From positions 7,089 to 71,088 of the forward strand of contig CAJMAZ010000001.1 of assembly GCA_905211535.1 (NCBI GenBank): DNA of 64,000 bases, in the 5' to 3' direction. Position 1 is the first letter of the stretch, and every line of letters begins with the position of its first letter. The DNA is from an uncultured Collinsella sp. Lineage in GTDB: Bacteria; Actinomycetota; Coriobacteriia; Coriobacteriales; Coriobacteriaceae. Both the position numbers and the translations under genes were made by a program. The notes beneath the pieces were generated by a model. That model had not been told where the DNA came from and did no database searches. It saw only the letters and a list, made by a program, of their open reading frames with translations. Shown here piece after piece: positions 50,207 through 60,578 of this stretch.

Positions 50207-51076
50207 ATGGCCCAGATTACCGCCGCTATGGTCAAGCAGCTCCGCGAGATGACCGACTCCCCGATGATGGAGTGCAAGAAGGCTCTCGTCGAGGCTGACG
50301 GCGACATGGACGCCGCTGTCGACGTTCTGCGTAAGAACGGCCTTGCCAAGGCTGCCAAGAAGGCTGGCCGTGAGACCAACGAGGGCGCTGTCGCCGCGTT
50401 CGTCTCCGAGGATGGCAAGACCGGCGCTCTGCTCGAGCTCTCCTGCGAGACCGACTTCGTTGGCTCTAACGCCAAGTTCACCGGCTTTGCTTCCAAGGTC
50501 GCTGAGGTTGTCGCTACCACCGAGCCTGCTGACGTCGACGCTCTGCTCGAGAAGCCGATGGGCGAGGAGACCGTTTCCTCCGAGCTCACCGAGATGATTC
50601 ACATCATGGGCGAGAACATGAAGATCTCCCGCTTCGCTGCCCGCAAGGCTGAGAACGGCGCGCTCGCTTCTTACATCCACATGGGTGGTAAGATCGGCGT
50701 CCTCGTCGAGTTCGCCTTCGAGAAGGCTGAGACCGCTCAGGCTGAATCCTTCAAGACCTTCGCTCACGACGTTGCCCTTCAGGTTGCCGCCGTCGCCCCG
50801 ATCTGCGCTACCCGCGATCAGGTTCCGGCCGAGACCGTCGAGCACGAGAAGCAGATCTACATGGCTCAGGCTGCCGAGTCCGGTAAGCCCGAGGCTATCC
50901 AGGAGAAGATGGCTGTCGGCCGTCTGGAGAAGTTCTACAAGCAGTCCGTGCTCACCGAGCAGGAGTTCATCAAGGACAGCTCCCTCACCATCAAGAAGTA
51001 CGCTGAGCAGGTCTCCAAGGAGCTCGGCGACACCATTACCGTCGTTGCCTTTGACCGTCTGGTCCGTGGCGAGTAA
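50207..51076 (+). CDS. tsf: Elongation factor Ts
   Basis: MAQITAAMVKQLREMTDSPMMECKKAL. Start moved to ATG 50207. Confidence 0.96.
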   Translation: MAQITAAMVKQLREMTDSPMMECKKALVEADGDMDAAVDVLRKNGLAKAAKKAGRETNEGAVAAFVSEDGKTGALLELSCETDFVGSNAKFTGFASKVAEVVATTEPADVDALLEKPMGEETVSSELTEMIHIMGENMKISRFAARKAENGALASYIHMGGKIGVLVEFAFEKAETAQAESFKTFAHDVALQVAAVAPICATRDQVPAETVEHEKQIYMAQAAESGKPEAIQEKMAVGRLEKFYKQSVLTEQEFIKDSSLTIKKYAEQVSKELGDTITVVAFDRLVRGE

Positions 51077-51099
51077 ATAAGCTCTTGTAGCTGGTAATG

Positions 51100-51135
51100 A
51101 GCAGGCTGTGGGTTTTACTCACAGCCTGCTTTTTC
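51100..51135 (+). terminator. Rho-independent terminator after tsf
   Basis: AGCAGGCTGTG / CACAGCCTGCT 11-bp stem followed by TTTTC. Confidence 0.8.
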
Positions 51136-51194
51136 ATGGCTCTTCTTAGAGCCTTTGATAGAATGTTGAGAGTTCAATCTAAAGGAGGATCGCT

Positions 51195-51917
51195 TTGTCC
51201 GACATCCGATATAAACGCGTGCTTCTTAAGCTTTCCGGCGAAGCGCTGATGGGCGACGGCCAATATGGCATCGACCCCAAGGTTACCGATCATCTTGCTA
51301 AGCAGGTCAAGGAGCTGCTCGCCGTTGGCCATGAGGTCGGCGTCGTTGTTGGCGGCGGCAATATTTTCCGCGGCATGGCCGGCGCTGCCGGTGGCATGGA
51401 GCGTGCTCAGGCCGATTATATGGGCATGCTGGCAACCGTTATGAACGCGCTCGCCCTGCAGGATGCCTTCGAGCACAACGATGTTCCCTGCCGCGTGATG
51501 AGCGCTATCCAGATGAACGAGATCTGCGAGCCCTATATTCGCCTTCGCGCCATCAACCACCTTTCCAAGGGCAACGTCGTTATTTTTGCCGCCGGTTCGG
51601 GCAATCCGTACTTTACGACCGACACCGCCGCGGCTCTTCGTGCGTGCGAGATCGGCGCCGAGATTCTGATTAAAGCCACCAAGGTTGACGGCATCTACGA
51701 CAAGGATCCCGTCAAGTGCGCCGATGCCGTCCGTTTTGACAAGATTACCTATCACGAGGTGCTCGTCCGCGGCCTGCAGGTTATGGATTCCACGGCTACG
51801 TCTCTGTGCCAGGATAACCGTATGCCGATTTTGGTCCTCAACATCGATGGCGAGGACACCGTCAAGCGCGCGCTTTCGGGTGAGCCCGTCGGCACGCTCG
51901 TCTATCAGGAGGATTAA
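51195..51917 (+). CDS. pyrH: UMP kinase
   Basis: [37 protein letters not shown] start. Confidence 0.95.
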   Translation: MSDIRYKRVLLKLSGEALMGDGQYGIDPKVTDHLAKQVKELLAVGHEVGVVVGGGNIFRGMAGAAGGMERAQADYMGMLATVMNALALQDAFEHNDVPCRVMSAIQMNEICEPYIRLRAINHLSKGNVVIFAAGSGNPYFTTDTAAALRACEIGAEILIKATKVDGIYDKDPVKCADAVRFDKITYHEVLVRGLQVMDSTATSLCQDNRMPILVLNIDGEDTVKRALSGEPVGTLVYQED

Positions 51918-51919
51918 GC

Positions 51920-52456
51920 ATGGCAGAGAACATCACCGCCCATATGGACAAGTCGCTCGAGTCCCTCAAGCATAACTTCTCCAAGGTTCGTACCGGCCGC
52001 GCCAACGCTAACATTCTGTCCGACATCACCGTCGATTATTACGGTGTTCCCACGCCGGTCACGCAGGTTGCCGCCGTCAAGACCCCCGAGGCCCACATGC
52101 TGCTCATCGAGCCGTGGGACAAGGCACTCATCAACGCTATCGTCAAGGCCATCGGCGCTTCCGATCTGGGTATTACCCCCAACTCCGATGGCACCGTCGT
52201 TCGTCTTCCGTTCCCGGCTCCCACTGAGGAGCGCCGTCGCGAGCTCGTCAAGGAGTGCCGCGAGTACGCCGAGCAGGCCAAGGTGTCTATCCGTAACATC
52301 CGTCGCGACTTCAACAACAAGCTCGAGCGCGATGAGGAGCTCACCGAGGATGATGTCCGTCGCGAGCAGGCCAAGGTCCAGAAGCACACCGATGAGTATG
52401 TCGCCAAGGTCGAGGAGCTTCTGAAGGAAAAAGAAGCCGAGGTCATGGAGATCTAA
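51920..52456 (+). CDS. frr: Ribosome recycling factor
   Basis: VRTGRANANIL, IRNIRRD motifs; 178 aa. Confidence 0.95.
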   Translation: MAENITAHMDKSLESLKHNFSKVRTGRANANILSDITVDYYGVPTPVTQVAAVKTPEAHMLLIEPWDKALINAIVKAIGASDLGITPNSDGTVVRLPFPAPTEERRRELVKECREYAEQAKVSIRNIRRDFNNKLERDEELTEDDVRREQAKVQKHTDEYVAKVEELLKEKEAEVMEI

Positions 52457-52457
52457 G

Positions 52458-53252
52458 GTGCAATACGACGAGCATAAACTGGTCGAGTACTTTGCCGACG
52501 CCCCTGCGGGCGTCGGTTTTTCCGACCTTGACCTCAATAACATTCCGCACCATATCTCGTGCATCATGGACGGCAACGGTCGTTGGGCCACGTCGCGCGG
52601 TCTTGCGCGCACTGAGGGCCACAAGGCGGGTATCGTCTCCCTTCGCGAGATTATTACCGCCTGCGTGCGTCTGGGCGTCGACGTGCTTTCGGCCTATGCG
52701 TTTTCTACCGAAAACTGGAACCGTCCGCAGCATGAGGTCAACGTCTTGATGCATCTGTTTGCCAAGACGTTTATCGACGAGCTGCCGCTTCTGAAGCGCG
52801 AAAATGTGCGCGTTGTCTTTTTGGGTGACATTTCCGCGCTGCCCAAGAAGACTCGCGACGTTTTTGAACGCGGTCTTGCCGAGTGTGCCAATCACACCGG
52901 CATGACGCTGGCGCTTGCCGTCAACTACGGCGCGCGTGCCGAGATTACCCGCGCTGTCCGTCAGATCGCACTCGACGCTGCCGCCGGTAAGATCGATCCT
53001 GGTGCAATTGATGACGACATGGTGGCTTCCCGCCTCTATACCGCCGGCCTTCCCGATCCTGAGCTTGTGATTCGCACTTCTGGTGAGCTGCGCCTTTCGA
53101 ACTATCTGCTGTGGCAGGTGGCTTATTCCGAATTCTACGTCACCGATACCTATTGGCCCGACTTTGATCGTTGGGGCCTTGTCGACGCCATTTTGGCCTA
53201 TCAGGGCCGTGACCGTAGGTTTGGTGGTCTGAGCAAGACCGAGGAGGCTTAA
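52458..53252 (+). CDS. uppS: Isoprenyl transferase (undecaprenyl diphosphate synthase)
   Basis: HISCIMDGNGRWA, FSTENWNRP, RTSGELRLSNYLLWQ. Confidence 0.95.
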   Translation: MQYDEHKLVEYFADAPAGVGFSDLDLNNIPHHISCIMDGNGRWATSRGLARTEGHKAGIVSLREIITACVRLGVDVLSAYAFSTENWNRPQHEVNVLMHLFAKTFIDELPLLKRENVRVVFLGDISALPKKTRDVFERGLAECANHTGMTLALAVNYGARAEITRAVRQIALDAAAGKIDPGAIDDDMVASRLYTAGLPDPELVIRTSGELRLSNYLLWQVAYSEFYVTDTYWPDFDRWGLVDAILAYQGRDRRFGGLSKTEEA

Positions 53253-53254
53253 TC

Positions 53255-54154
53255 GTGTCCGATCGTCCCAAGGCAACTGCTCCCAAGACATCTGAGCGCA
53301 AGGCTGTCGCTGCGGGAGCGCCCGCAGCGAAGAATGGCACCGGTTCGTGGCTTGCGGGCTTTATTACCCGTGCCGCCGCTGGTATCGTTTACGCCGTTGT
53401 CTTTATCCTGTGCCTGGTTTTGGGTATCGTGCCCACGGCCATCTTTGTTTCTGTCATGAGCGGTCTGTGCTGCTATGAGTTTTTCCGTATGACGAGGCTC
53501 GATGGCAAGATGGCTAACGAGCACATGGGTATCGCTGCCGCCGTACTCTTTCCGCTGTCGGCGTTGGGCGATTCGATGTTGCTGAATGCCCTGCTTTTTG
53601 CCCTGATGCTCGCTGTGGGCATTTGGTATGTCTGGTCGCCGCGTACCCGCATCTCTGATGTGGCCGTGACGCTCATGGGTCCCATCTACACTGGCTTTAT
53701 GCTGTCGGCTATCGTGCTGCTGCGCGATGCCGTGCCCGGTTTTGCCGGCGCCCTGCTTTCAGTGGGCGTTTGCGCGTCCCTTTGGGTCTCCGATTCGTTT
53801 GCCTACATCGTGGGCAGCCGTATCGGCAAGCACAAGATGGTTCCCAAGATCTCTCCTAAAAAGAGCTGGGAGGGGTTTGTCGGCGGCATTCTGGGCTCGG
53901 TTTTGATTTGGCTCATCCTGTGGGCGACGCACTTCTACAAACTCAGCCTGCCCTATGCGCTGCTGTGCGGCTTGGTCGTGTCCATCCTGGGCGTTATCGG
54001 CGACCTCATTGAGTCGCGCATCAAGCGTGGCGTGGGCGTCAAGGATTCCGGCAACCTTATCCCGGGCCATGGCGGCATGCTCGACCGTAGCGACTCGCTT
54101 ATCTTTGGCTGCATTACCGCGCAGCTGCTTTTGATGATCGGGGGCGTGCTGTAA
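53255..54154 (+). CDS. cdsA: Phosphatidate cytidylyltransferase
   Basis: SRIKRGVGVKDSGNLIPGHGGMLDRSDS signature. Polytopic membrane protein. Confidence 0.92.
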   Translation: MSDRPKATAPKTSERKAVAAGAPAAKNGTGSWLAGFITRAAAGIVYAVVFILCLVLGIVPTAIFVSVMSGLCCYEFFRMTRLDGKMANEHMGIAAAVLFPLSALGDSMLLNALLFALMLAVGIWYVWSPRTRISDVAVTLMGPIYTGFMLSAIVLLRDAVPGFAGALLSVGVCASLWVSDSFAYIVGSRIGKHKMVPKISPKKSWEGFVGGILGSVLIWLILWATHFYKLSLPYALLCGLVVSILGVIGDLIESRIKRGVGVKDSGNLIPGHGGMLDRSDSLIFGCITAQLLLMIGGVL

Positions 54155-55341
54155 TGTCATTCCAGACGACGTATGGCTCCGATGGACGCCTTCGTGTTGC
54201 CATCCTGGGTTGTACGGGCTCTATCGGCACGCAGGCACTCGACGTGTGCCGTCAGCATGCCGATCGACTGCAGGTAACGGCGCTGTCCGTCAATTCTAGC
54301 ACCTCGGAGCTCGTTGCCGCCGCCCGCGAGTTCTCGGTTCCGGCCGTTGCCGTGGCCGACTCTGCCCACGGTGCGGACGCCGTGCTGCAGGAGCTGCCCG
54401 AGGGCACGGAGCTCGGTGTTGGTGCGCAGGCGGTTTGTGAGCTCGCACGTCGCGATGATGTCGACTGTGTGCTTGTTGCCATTGTGGGCGCTGCCGGGCT
54501 CGAAGCGAGCCATGCGGCCCTGACCTCGAACAAGCGTCTTGCACTTGCCAACAAGGAGTCCCTCGTTGTCGGTGGCGACCTGCTGATGCCGCTGGCGCAA
54601 CCGGGCCAGCTTATTCCGGTCGACTCTGAGCACTCCGCCATCTACCAGTGCTATCTGGGGGAGAACCCGCGCGAGGCTCATTGTATTTGGCTCACCTGCT
54701 CGGGCGGTCCGTTTTTTGGCCGCACGCGCGACGAGCTCAATCGCGTGACGCGTGCCGATGCCCTCGCACATCCCACGTGGGCCATGGGCGCCAAGATCAC
54801 CATCGACTCCGCCACCCTCATGAACAAGGGCCTGGAGCGCATTGAGGCCATGCATCTGTTTAACTGCGACCTCGATTTCATTAACGTGGTCGTGCAGCGT
54901 CAGTCCAAGATTCACTCTATGGTCGAGTTCGCCGACGGCTCTGTGATGGCGCATCTCGGTGCTTCCGACATGCGTATTCCCATCCAGTTCGCGTTCTCGT
55001 ATCCCGAGCGTTGGGATACCCCGGCGCCTCGTATCGATTTTCGCGAGCTGGGGCAGCTCACGTTTGATGCTGCCGACATGGATACCTTCCGCTGTCTGGC
55101 ACTGGCCGAGCGTGCCGGCAAGACGGGTGGCACCATGCCGTGCGTGCTCAATGCCGCCAACGAGGTCGCCGTTGATGCCTTCCTGCACGATGGCTGCAGC
55201 TTTACCGATATCGATCGCATTGTGGAATCTTGCATGGATGCCCACGATATGCAGACGGTCGATTCGTTTGAGCAGCTTCGCGACATCGATGCGTGGGCGC
55301 GTGAAAAGGCTGCGCAGGTGCTCACCGCAACCCGTTCCTAA
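54154..55341 (+). CDS. dxr: 1-deoxy-D-xylulose 5-phosphate reductoisomerase
   Basis: ILGCTGSIGTQAL, LANKESLV, DSEHSAI motifs. Confidence 0.95.
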   Translation: MSFQTTYGSDGRLRVAILGCTGSIGTQALDVCRQHADRLQVTALSVNSSTSELVAAAREFSVPAVAVADSAHGADAVLQELPEGTELGVGAQAVCELARRDDVDCVLVAIVGAAGLEASHAALTSNKRLALANKESLVVGGDLLMPLAQPGQLIPVDSEHSAIYQCYLGENPREAHCIWLTCSGGPFFGRTRDELNRVTRADALAHPTWAMGAKITIDSATLMNKGLERIEAMHLFNCDLDFINVVVQRQSKIHSMVEFADGSVMAHLGASDMRIPIQFAFSYPERWDTPAPRIDFRELGQLTFDAADMDTFRCLALAERAGKTGGTMPCVLNAANEVAVDAFLHDGCSFTDIDRIVESCMDAHDMQTVDSFEQLRDIDAWAREKAAQVLTATRS

Positions 55342-55351
55342 CCCATAAGGA

Positions 55352-56728
55352 TTGCTTTTTCGTTTTATGGATACTGTTCTGAGCGTTCTCTCATCGGTCT
55401 TTTGGGGCCTGCTGATGCTTTCCGTCCTCGTGTTTTTGCACGAGGGCGGCCACTTTTTGGCGGCGCGTGCCTGCGGCGTCCGCGTGACCGAGTTCTTTTT
55501 GGGCTTGCCGTGTCGCTTTGACATCCATTGCACGTCGCGTCGCATTGGAACCAAGTTTGGCGTGACCCCGCTTCTGCTGGGTGGCTACGCTGCCATCTGC
55601 GGTATGGATCCGATCGACGTCTCGTGTGCCGATCGCGTGCTCGCGGCTATCTATCGTCATGGTCGCGTGACCGTGGCCGACCTTGCTGTCGAGCTTGAGC
55701 TTTCCGAGGAGGATGTGCTCGAGGCATGCGCCTTGTTGCTGGGCTGGGGTTCCATCGCACCCTGGTATGAGGAAGGGGAGAAGCCCTCGCCGAGCTACTA
55801 TCCCACCAAGTATCAGACGCTGCCGCGAGATGCGGCGGGTTACACCACCTTTGACGGCCGCCGTTTCGATCGCGAACATTCAACTGCCGAGGGCGATGTG
55901 TGGGAGCTGCCGTGCGGCGAGGCCGAGTTCCTTGCACAAGAGCGTTCGCACACCTATCTTGGCCAGGGCTTTCTCAAGCGCGCCTTTATGCTCCTCGCGG
56001 GCATTATTGTCAATATCTTGACGGGCTTTTTGCTCCTTATGAGTATCTATTCCATTGCGGGTGTCACCGTGCCGATGGATACCAACGTGATCGGTCAGGT
56101 TGACGAGGGGTCTATTGCCGCCAAGGCAGGTATTGAGGGCGGCGACGCGATCCTTTCGGTTGACGGAGTATCGTGCTCCACCTGGATGGACGTTTACGAT
56201 GCCATCGGCAAGGCTGCCGGTAAGGACGATATCGCCATCGAGTACGAGCGTGACGGCAAGCAGCATTCGACCACGGTTGCGCTCAAAGAGGACGAGCGCC
56301 TAGGTGTGTATGCCTCTACGCAGGTGGTCCGTTTAGACCCCATCACGTCGGCTCGACTGTCGTTCTCCTATGTCGTGCAGACAGCGGAGGGCGTGATGCG
56401 CCTGCTCCAGCCGCAGCATACGATGGAGATTCTTGATCAGTCTTCTTCGATCGTGGGTATTAGCGTTATGTCCTCACAGGCTGCTGCTGCCGGCCCTGCC
56501 ACGTTCCTTTCGTTTGCCGCCCTCATTTCGTTCTCGCTTGGCTTTATGAACCTGCTGCCCATCCCACCACTCGATGGCGGCAAGCTGGTCATCGAGATCA
56601 TTCAAAAGATTGCGGGCCGCGAGCTTCCGCTCAAGGTCCAGACGATTGTGAGCTATGTGGGCATCGCGCTCTTTGCGCTGCTGTTTGTCTATATGCTTCG
56701 TTCCGACATCCTTCGATTTATTCTGTAG
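55352..56728 (+). CDS. rseP: Site-2 (RIP) zinc metalloprotease RseP/RasP family (M50)
   Basis: HEGGH, PDZ region (GSIAAKAGIEGGDAILSVDG), NLLPIPPLDGG. The start is uncertain (TTG 55352 or ATG 55367). Confidence 0.88.
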   Translation: MLFRFMDTVLSVLSSVFWGLLMLSVLVFLHEGGHFLAARACGVRVTEFFLGLPCRFDIHCTSRRIGTKFGVTPLLLGGYAAICGMDPIDVSCADRVLAAIYRHGRVTVADLAVELELSEEDVLEACALLLGWGSIAPWYEEGEKPSPSYYPTKYQTLPRDAAGYTTFDGRRFDREHSTAEGDVWELPCGEAEFLAQERSHTYLGQGFLKRAFMLLAGIIVNILTGFLLLMSIYSIAGVTVPMDTNVIGQVDEGSIAAKAGIEGGDAILSVDGVSCSTWMDVYDAIGKAAGKDDIAIEYERDGKQHSTTVALKEDERLGVYASTQVVRLDPITSARLSFSYVVQTAEGVMRLLQPQHTMEILDQSSSIVGISVMSSQAAAAGPATFLSFAALISFSLGFMNLLPIPPLDGGKLVIEIIQKIAGRELPLKVQTIVSYVGIALFALLFVYMLRSDILRFIL

Positions 56729-56741
56729 GGGAGTGTTTGGA

Positions 56742-57824
56742 TTGTCTTTATCCCATCCTTTGCCTCGCGAGTTGACGCGCCCCGTGCATGTGGGCGGCGT
56801 GCAGATCGGTGGCGGCGCGCCGGTGGTGGTCCAATCCATGACCTGCACCGATACCGCTGATGCCCAGGCAACGCTTGCGCAAGTATGTGCGTTGGCGCAG
56901 GCTGGCTGCGATATCGTGCGCGTGAGCGTGCCCACGGAGGCCGCGCTTGAGGGTTTCCGCACCATCTGTGACGAGTCTCCGGTGCCGATTGTCGCCGATA
57001 TCCACTTTAACCATAAGCTCGCCATTGGTGCCGTTGAGGCTGGTGCTGCCAAGCTGCGCATCAATCCCGGCAATATCGGCGATTGGGCCAAGGTTGACGC
57101 GGTGATCGATGCTGCGGGTGCTGCTGGCTGTGCGATTCGTATCGGAGTCAATGCCGGTTCGCTTGAGCAGGATATCGCCGAGCGCGACGACCTCACGCAG
57201 CCCGAAAAGCTCGTGATGTCGAGCGAGCGTTTCGTCAAGCATTTTGAGGACCGCGGGTTTACGAACATTGTGCTTTCGGCTAAGGCCCATAGCGTGCAAA
57301 CGACGCTCGATACCTATCGAGCCCTGTCGCGTGAGATTCCCCACGTTCCGCTTCACCTGGGCGTGACGGAGGCGGGGACCAAGCTCCAGGGCACCATCAA
57401 GAGCTCTGTAGGCTTGGGTATCTTGCTTTCCGAAGGCATTGGCGACACCATGCGTGTGTCGCTCACGGCTGATCCGGTTGAGGAGCCGCCGGTTGCCTGG
57501 GGTATTCTGCAGTCGCTGGGCCTGCGTCGCCGTGGCCCCGAGATTGTCTCGTGCCCCACGTGCGCCCGCTGCCAGGTTAACCTCATTCCCATCGCCGAGG
57601 AGGTCACTGAGCGGCTTAAGAACTATTCCGCGCCGCTTTCGATCGCCGTTATGGGATGCGCGGTCAATGGCCCCGGCGAGGCCTCTGACGCCGACTTGGG
57701 CGTTGCCTGCGGACGAGGTCAGGGCCTGCTCTTTTCGCATGGCCAGATCATTGGTAAAGTAGCTGAGGATCAAATTGTCGACGTGCTTATGGCAGAGGTC
57801 GACAAACTTATTGAGGAGAAGTAA
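56742..57824 (+). CDS. ispG: 4-hydroxy-3-methylbut-2-en-1-yl diphosphate synthase
   Basis: VQSMTCTDT, RINPGNIG, SCPTCARC, GCAVNGPGE. TTG 56742 preferred over the track start 56655, which overlaps rseP. Confidence 0.93.
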   Translation: MSLSHPLPRELTRPVHVGGVQIGGGAPVVVQSMTCTDTADAQATLAQVCALAQAGCDIVRVSVPTEAALEGFRTICDESPVPIVADIHFNHKLAIGAVEAGAAKLRINPGNIGDWAKVDAVIDAAGAAGCAIRIGVNAGSLEQDIAERDDLTQPEKLVMSSERFVKHFEDRGFTNIVLSAKAHSVQTTLDTYRALSREIPHVPLHLGVTEAGTKLQGTIKSSVGLGILLSEGIGDTMRVSLTADPVEEPPVAWGILQSLGLRRRGPEIVSCPTCARCQVNLIPIAEEVTERLKNYSAPLSIAVMGCAVNGPGEASDADLGVACGRGQGLLFSHGQIIGKVAEDQIVDVLMAEVDKLIEEK

Positions 57825-59546
57825 ATGACTCGAGCAATGTATATGTCTAAGCTCTATGCGCCGACGCTTAAAGAGGATCCGGCGGACGCTGAGCTCGCCA
57901 GCCACCGCCTGCTGCTCCGTGCCGGCATGATTCGCAAGGAGGCCGCCGGCCTGTATTCCTACCTGCCGCTTGCTTGGCGCTCGATCCACAAGATCGAGAA
58001 CATCGTGCGCGACGAGATGGACGCTGCCGGCGCCCAGGAGCTTATGATGCCTATCATGGTCGACGCCGAGTTGTGGCGCGAGTCCGGCCGCATCGACGCC
58101 TATGGCAAGGAACTCGTGCGCTTTGATGACCGCCACGGCCGCGAGTTCGTGCTGGGCCCCACGCACGAGGAGACCGTGACCGCCCTGGTTCGCAATGAGC
58201 TGCGTTCCTATAAGCAGCTGCCCGTCAACCTTTACCACATTCAGGACAAGTTCCGCGACGAGTTCCGTCCCCGCTTTGGCTTGATGCGCGGCCGCGAGTT
58301 CATCATGAAGGACGCCTACAGCTTCTCCGCCACGCAGGAGAGCCTGCAGGAGGAGTACGACAAGATGAAGCAGGCCTATGCCAACATTTGCGAGCGCTGC
58401 TACATCAAGGCCCTGCCCGTTGTCGCTGACTCCGGCGAGATCGGTGGCGACACTTCCGTCGAGTACATGGCTTTGGCCGACGCCGGCGAGGCTTCGCTCG
58501 TCTACTGCGACGATTGCGGCTTCGCTGCCGACGATGAGGCCGCAAGCACCAAGGTCGTTGTGACCGAGGGTCCTGGCGACGGTACACTCACCAAGGTCGA
58601 GACTCCGGGCATGGGCACCATCGAGGCCGTTGCAAAGTTCTTCGGCTTCCCCGAGAACGGCACGCGCAAGTCCTTGGCTCTCATCGATGCCGAGGGCAAG
58701 CCAGTCGTGGCCATTGTTCCGGGCGATCATGAGCTCAATGACTGCAAGGCCGAGCATGTCTTTGGCAAGGGTTATCGCATGATGACCGATGAGGAGCTCC
58801 AGACCTACGGTCTGCATAAGGGCTTTATCGGACCGGTTAACTTGCCCGAGGGCATTCGTCTGGTCTGCGACGAGAGTCTGCGCGAGTCCAAGCAGTGGGC
58901 CTGCGGTGCCAACGAGGTCGATTATCACTTTACCGGTGCCTGCCCCGAGCGCGACTTTACCGTCGACGAGTGGGCCGACCTGGTAACCGTCGTTGCCGGC
59001 GATCCCTGCCCGCACTGCGGCAAGCCGCTCTCTGCTGCTCGCGGCATCGAGGTCTCCCAGGTCTTCCAGCTGGGCACTAAGTATTCCGAGGCCATGGGTG
59101 CCACCTTTATGGATGAGGACGGCAAGGAGAAGCCGCTCATCATGGGTTGCTACGGCGTCGGTGTGTCCCGCTCGCTCGCTGCCGTCGTGGAGCAGCACAA
59201 CGACGAGCACGGTATCGTCTGGCCGGTCCCCGTTGCCCCGTACGAGGTCGCGGTGATTCCGCTCGATCCCAAGAAGGAGGAGTGCGCTACCGTCTGCGAG
59301 CAGATCGTCGAGGGCCTGTGCGCTGAGGGTATCGAGGTTGTCGTCGATGACCGCGACGAGCGCCCCGGCTTTAAGTTTGCCGACAACGACCTTATGGGCT
59401 TCCCGTATCAGGTTGTTCTGGGTAAGCGTGGCCTTAAGAATGGCACGGTGGAGCTCAAGGATCGTGCCACGGGCGAGCGCGAGGACGTGGCGATCGATGA
59501 GGTTGTCGCCAAGGTTGCCGAGCTTGTTAAGGCGGCCCGCCGTTAA
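57825..59546 (+). CDS. proS: Proline--tRNA ligase (bacterial type with INS editing domain)
   Basis: 573 aa, SHRLLLRAGMIRK, FRDEFRPRFGLMRGREF, GCYGVGVSR. Confidence 0.95.
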   Translation: MTRAMYMSKLYAPTLKEDPADAELASHRLLLRAGMIRKEAAGLYSYLPLAWRSIHKIENIVRDEMDAAGAQELMMPIMVDAELWRESGRIDAYGKELVRFDDRHGREFVLGPTHEETVTALVRNELRSYKQLPVNLYHIQDKFRDEFRPRFGLMRGREFIMKDAYSFSATQESLQEEYDKMKQAYANICERCYIKALPVVADSGEIGGDTSVEYMALADAGEASLVYCDDCGFAADDEAASTKVVVTEGPGDGTLTKVETPGMGTIEAVAKFFGFPENGTRKSLALIDAEGKPVVAIVPGDHELNDCKAEHVFGKGYRMMTDEELQTYGLHKGFIGPVNLPEGIRLVCDESLRESKQWACGANEVDYHFTGACPERDFTVDEWADLVTVVAGDPCPHCGKPLSAARGIEVSQVFQLGTKYSEAMGATFMDEDGKEKPLIMGCYGVGVSRSLAAVVEQHNDEHGIVWPVPVAPYEVAVIPLDPKKEECATVCEQIVEGLCAEGIEVVVDDRDERPGFKFADNDLMGFPYQVVLGKRGLKNGTVELKDRATGEREDVAIDEVVAKVAELVKAARR

Positions 59547-59576
59547 TCGACGATTTCGCTTGTAGTTCGATATACG

Positions 59577-59627
59577 GGACGGCCCCGCATTTCTCCAGAT
59601 CGGGGAGATGTGGGGCCGTCCTTTTAT
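59577..59627 (+). terminator. Rho-independent terminator after proS
   Basis: 20-bp stem GGACGGCCCCGCATTTCTCC / GGGGAGATGTGGGGCCGTCC followed by TTTTAT. Confidence 0.85.
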
Positions 59628-59646
59628 CTTGTAGCATCCTCGATAT

Positions 59647-59690
59647 CTAAAAGGAAAACCCCACAGCCCATGCGAACTGCGGGGTTTTCC
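59647..59690 (-). terminator. Terminator of the minus-strand adhE/APH-like unit
   Basis: GGAAAACCCCACAG / CTGCGGGGTTTTCC stem. On the minus strand it is followed by TTTTAG. Confidence 0.7.
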
Positions 59691-59725
59691 ATTGTGCCTC
59701 CGATGCGAAATAAATCGCTCAGATA

Positions 59726-60490
59726 TTACTGATAATCGACGACGTCGATCCAGTTCTTCAGGAACTCATCGTTCACGTTGCGCTTACGAGCGAGCTCGGA
59801 AGCGGCGACGATGCTCGTCCACTGACGCACGACCTGCATGGGCATGTCGGCGCGGTCGCAGTAGAGCTCCAGGTAGGCCTCGGCCTGGTCCTTGCTGTTG
59901 AGGGCGAAGAGCAGGTAGGTGGTGGCAACGTCGGCAGCAGGGGAGCCCTGGGTGGCGTGTGCCCAGTCGCACACATAGAGCTGGCCGTCGTCGCCGACGA
60001 TGACGTTGGAGGGGTTGAAGTCGCCGTGGCAGACCTTGAACTCCTTGGTCATGCCGTCCAGACGCTCCTGAAGGTTGTAGCGCGTGGTGGCATTGAGCTG
60101 ATCAAGGCTGTCGATCATGCGGGCGAACTTGTCGCGCTGACGGTTGAGCAGCGGGGAGGTGTAGGCGTGGATCTCGATCTGGAGGTCGACGAACATCTCG
60201 AGGTACTCACCAAAGCGCTGGGGCTCGGCAGTCATCTTCTCGGCAAGGGTGGTGCCCGGAACCTTCTCGGTCACGAGCGCCCAGCCGTTGGCGTTCTCGA
60301 GCTGAGAAACCTCGAGAGCCTTGGGGCTGCGGATGCCGCACTCATTGATGCGGGCAAGATTCAAAGCCTCGTTGAACACGTCGGAGACAGGCTTGGTCTC
60401 GTTAAAGACCTTGACGATCTTGTCGCCCAGGTCGTAAACGACCTTGTTGCCACGGCGGACGAGCTCGGTCTTGGAATCGGGTAGCAGCAT
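59726..60490 (-). CDS. Phosphotransferase-family protein (APH/choline-kinase-like small-molecule kinase)
   Basis: 254 aa, Brenner motif VCHGDFNPSNVIV, then LYVCDWAHA (DxD-type). Confidence 0.8.
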   Translation of the reverse strand: MLLPDSKTELVRRGNKVVYDLGDKIVKVFNETKPVSDVFNEALNLARINECGIRSPKALEVSQLENANGWALVTEKVPGTTLAEKMTAEPQRFGEYLEMFVDLQIEIHAYTSPLLNRQRDKFARMIDSLDQLNATTRYNLQERLDGMTKEFKVCHGDFNPSNVIVGDDGQLYVCDWAHATQGSPAADVATTYLLFALNSKDQAEAYLELYCDRADMPMQVVRQWTSIVAASELARKRNVNDEFLKNWIDVVDYQ

Positions 60491-60521
60491 GGTTGCATCC
60501 TTTCAACGATGCGATAGAAGC

Positions 60522-60561
60522 GACGGCGGGGGTGTGTGAAACACCCGTGCACCCCCGCCGT
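60522..60561 (-). other. Hairpin between adhE and the APH-like gene (no downstream U-tract on the sense strand)
   Basis: ACGGCGGGGGTG ... CACCCCCGCCGT 12-bp stem. Confidence 0.4.
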
Positions 60562-60578
60562 TAAAAACCGTGCTAAAA

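Noticed and set aside
55500-55990. An about 130-aa segment between the HEGGH helix and the PDZ domain of RseP containing a winged-helix-like stretch (VTVADLAVELELSEEDVLEACALLLG)
   Set aside because: Gram-positive RasP-type site-2 proteases also carry a long variable segment here. I cannot show that this one is a distinct inserted domain without a profile search.
59561-59635. The proS terminator (GTAGTTCGATATACGGGACGGCCCCGC...GGGGCCGTCCTTTTATCTTGTAGC) resembles the repeat core GGGACGGGGC and is flanked by GTAG
   Set aside because: The similarity is limited to about 10 nt of G/C-rich stem. The flanking GTAGs are direct, not inverted, and the TTTGGGAC / AGCTA arms are missing. It is most simply an ordinary intrinsic terminator.
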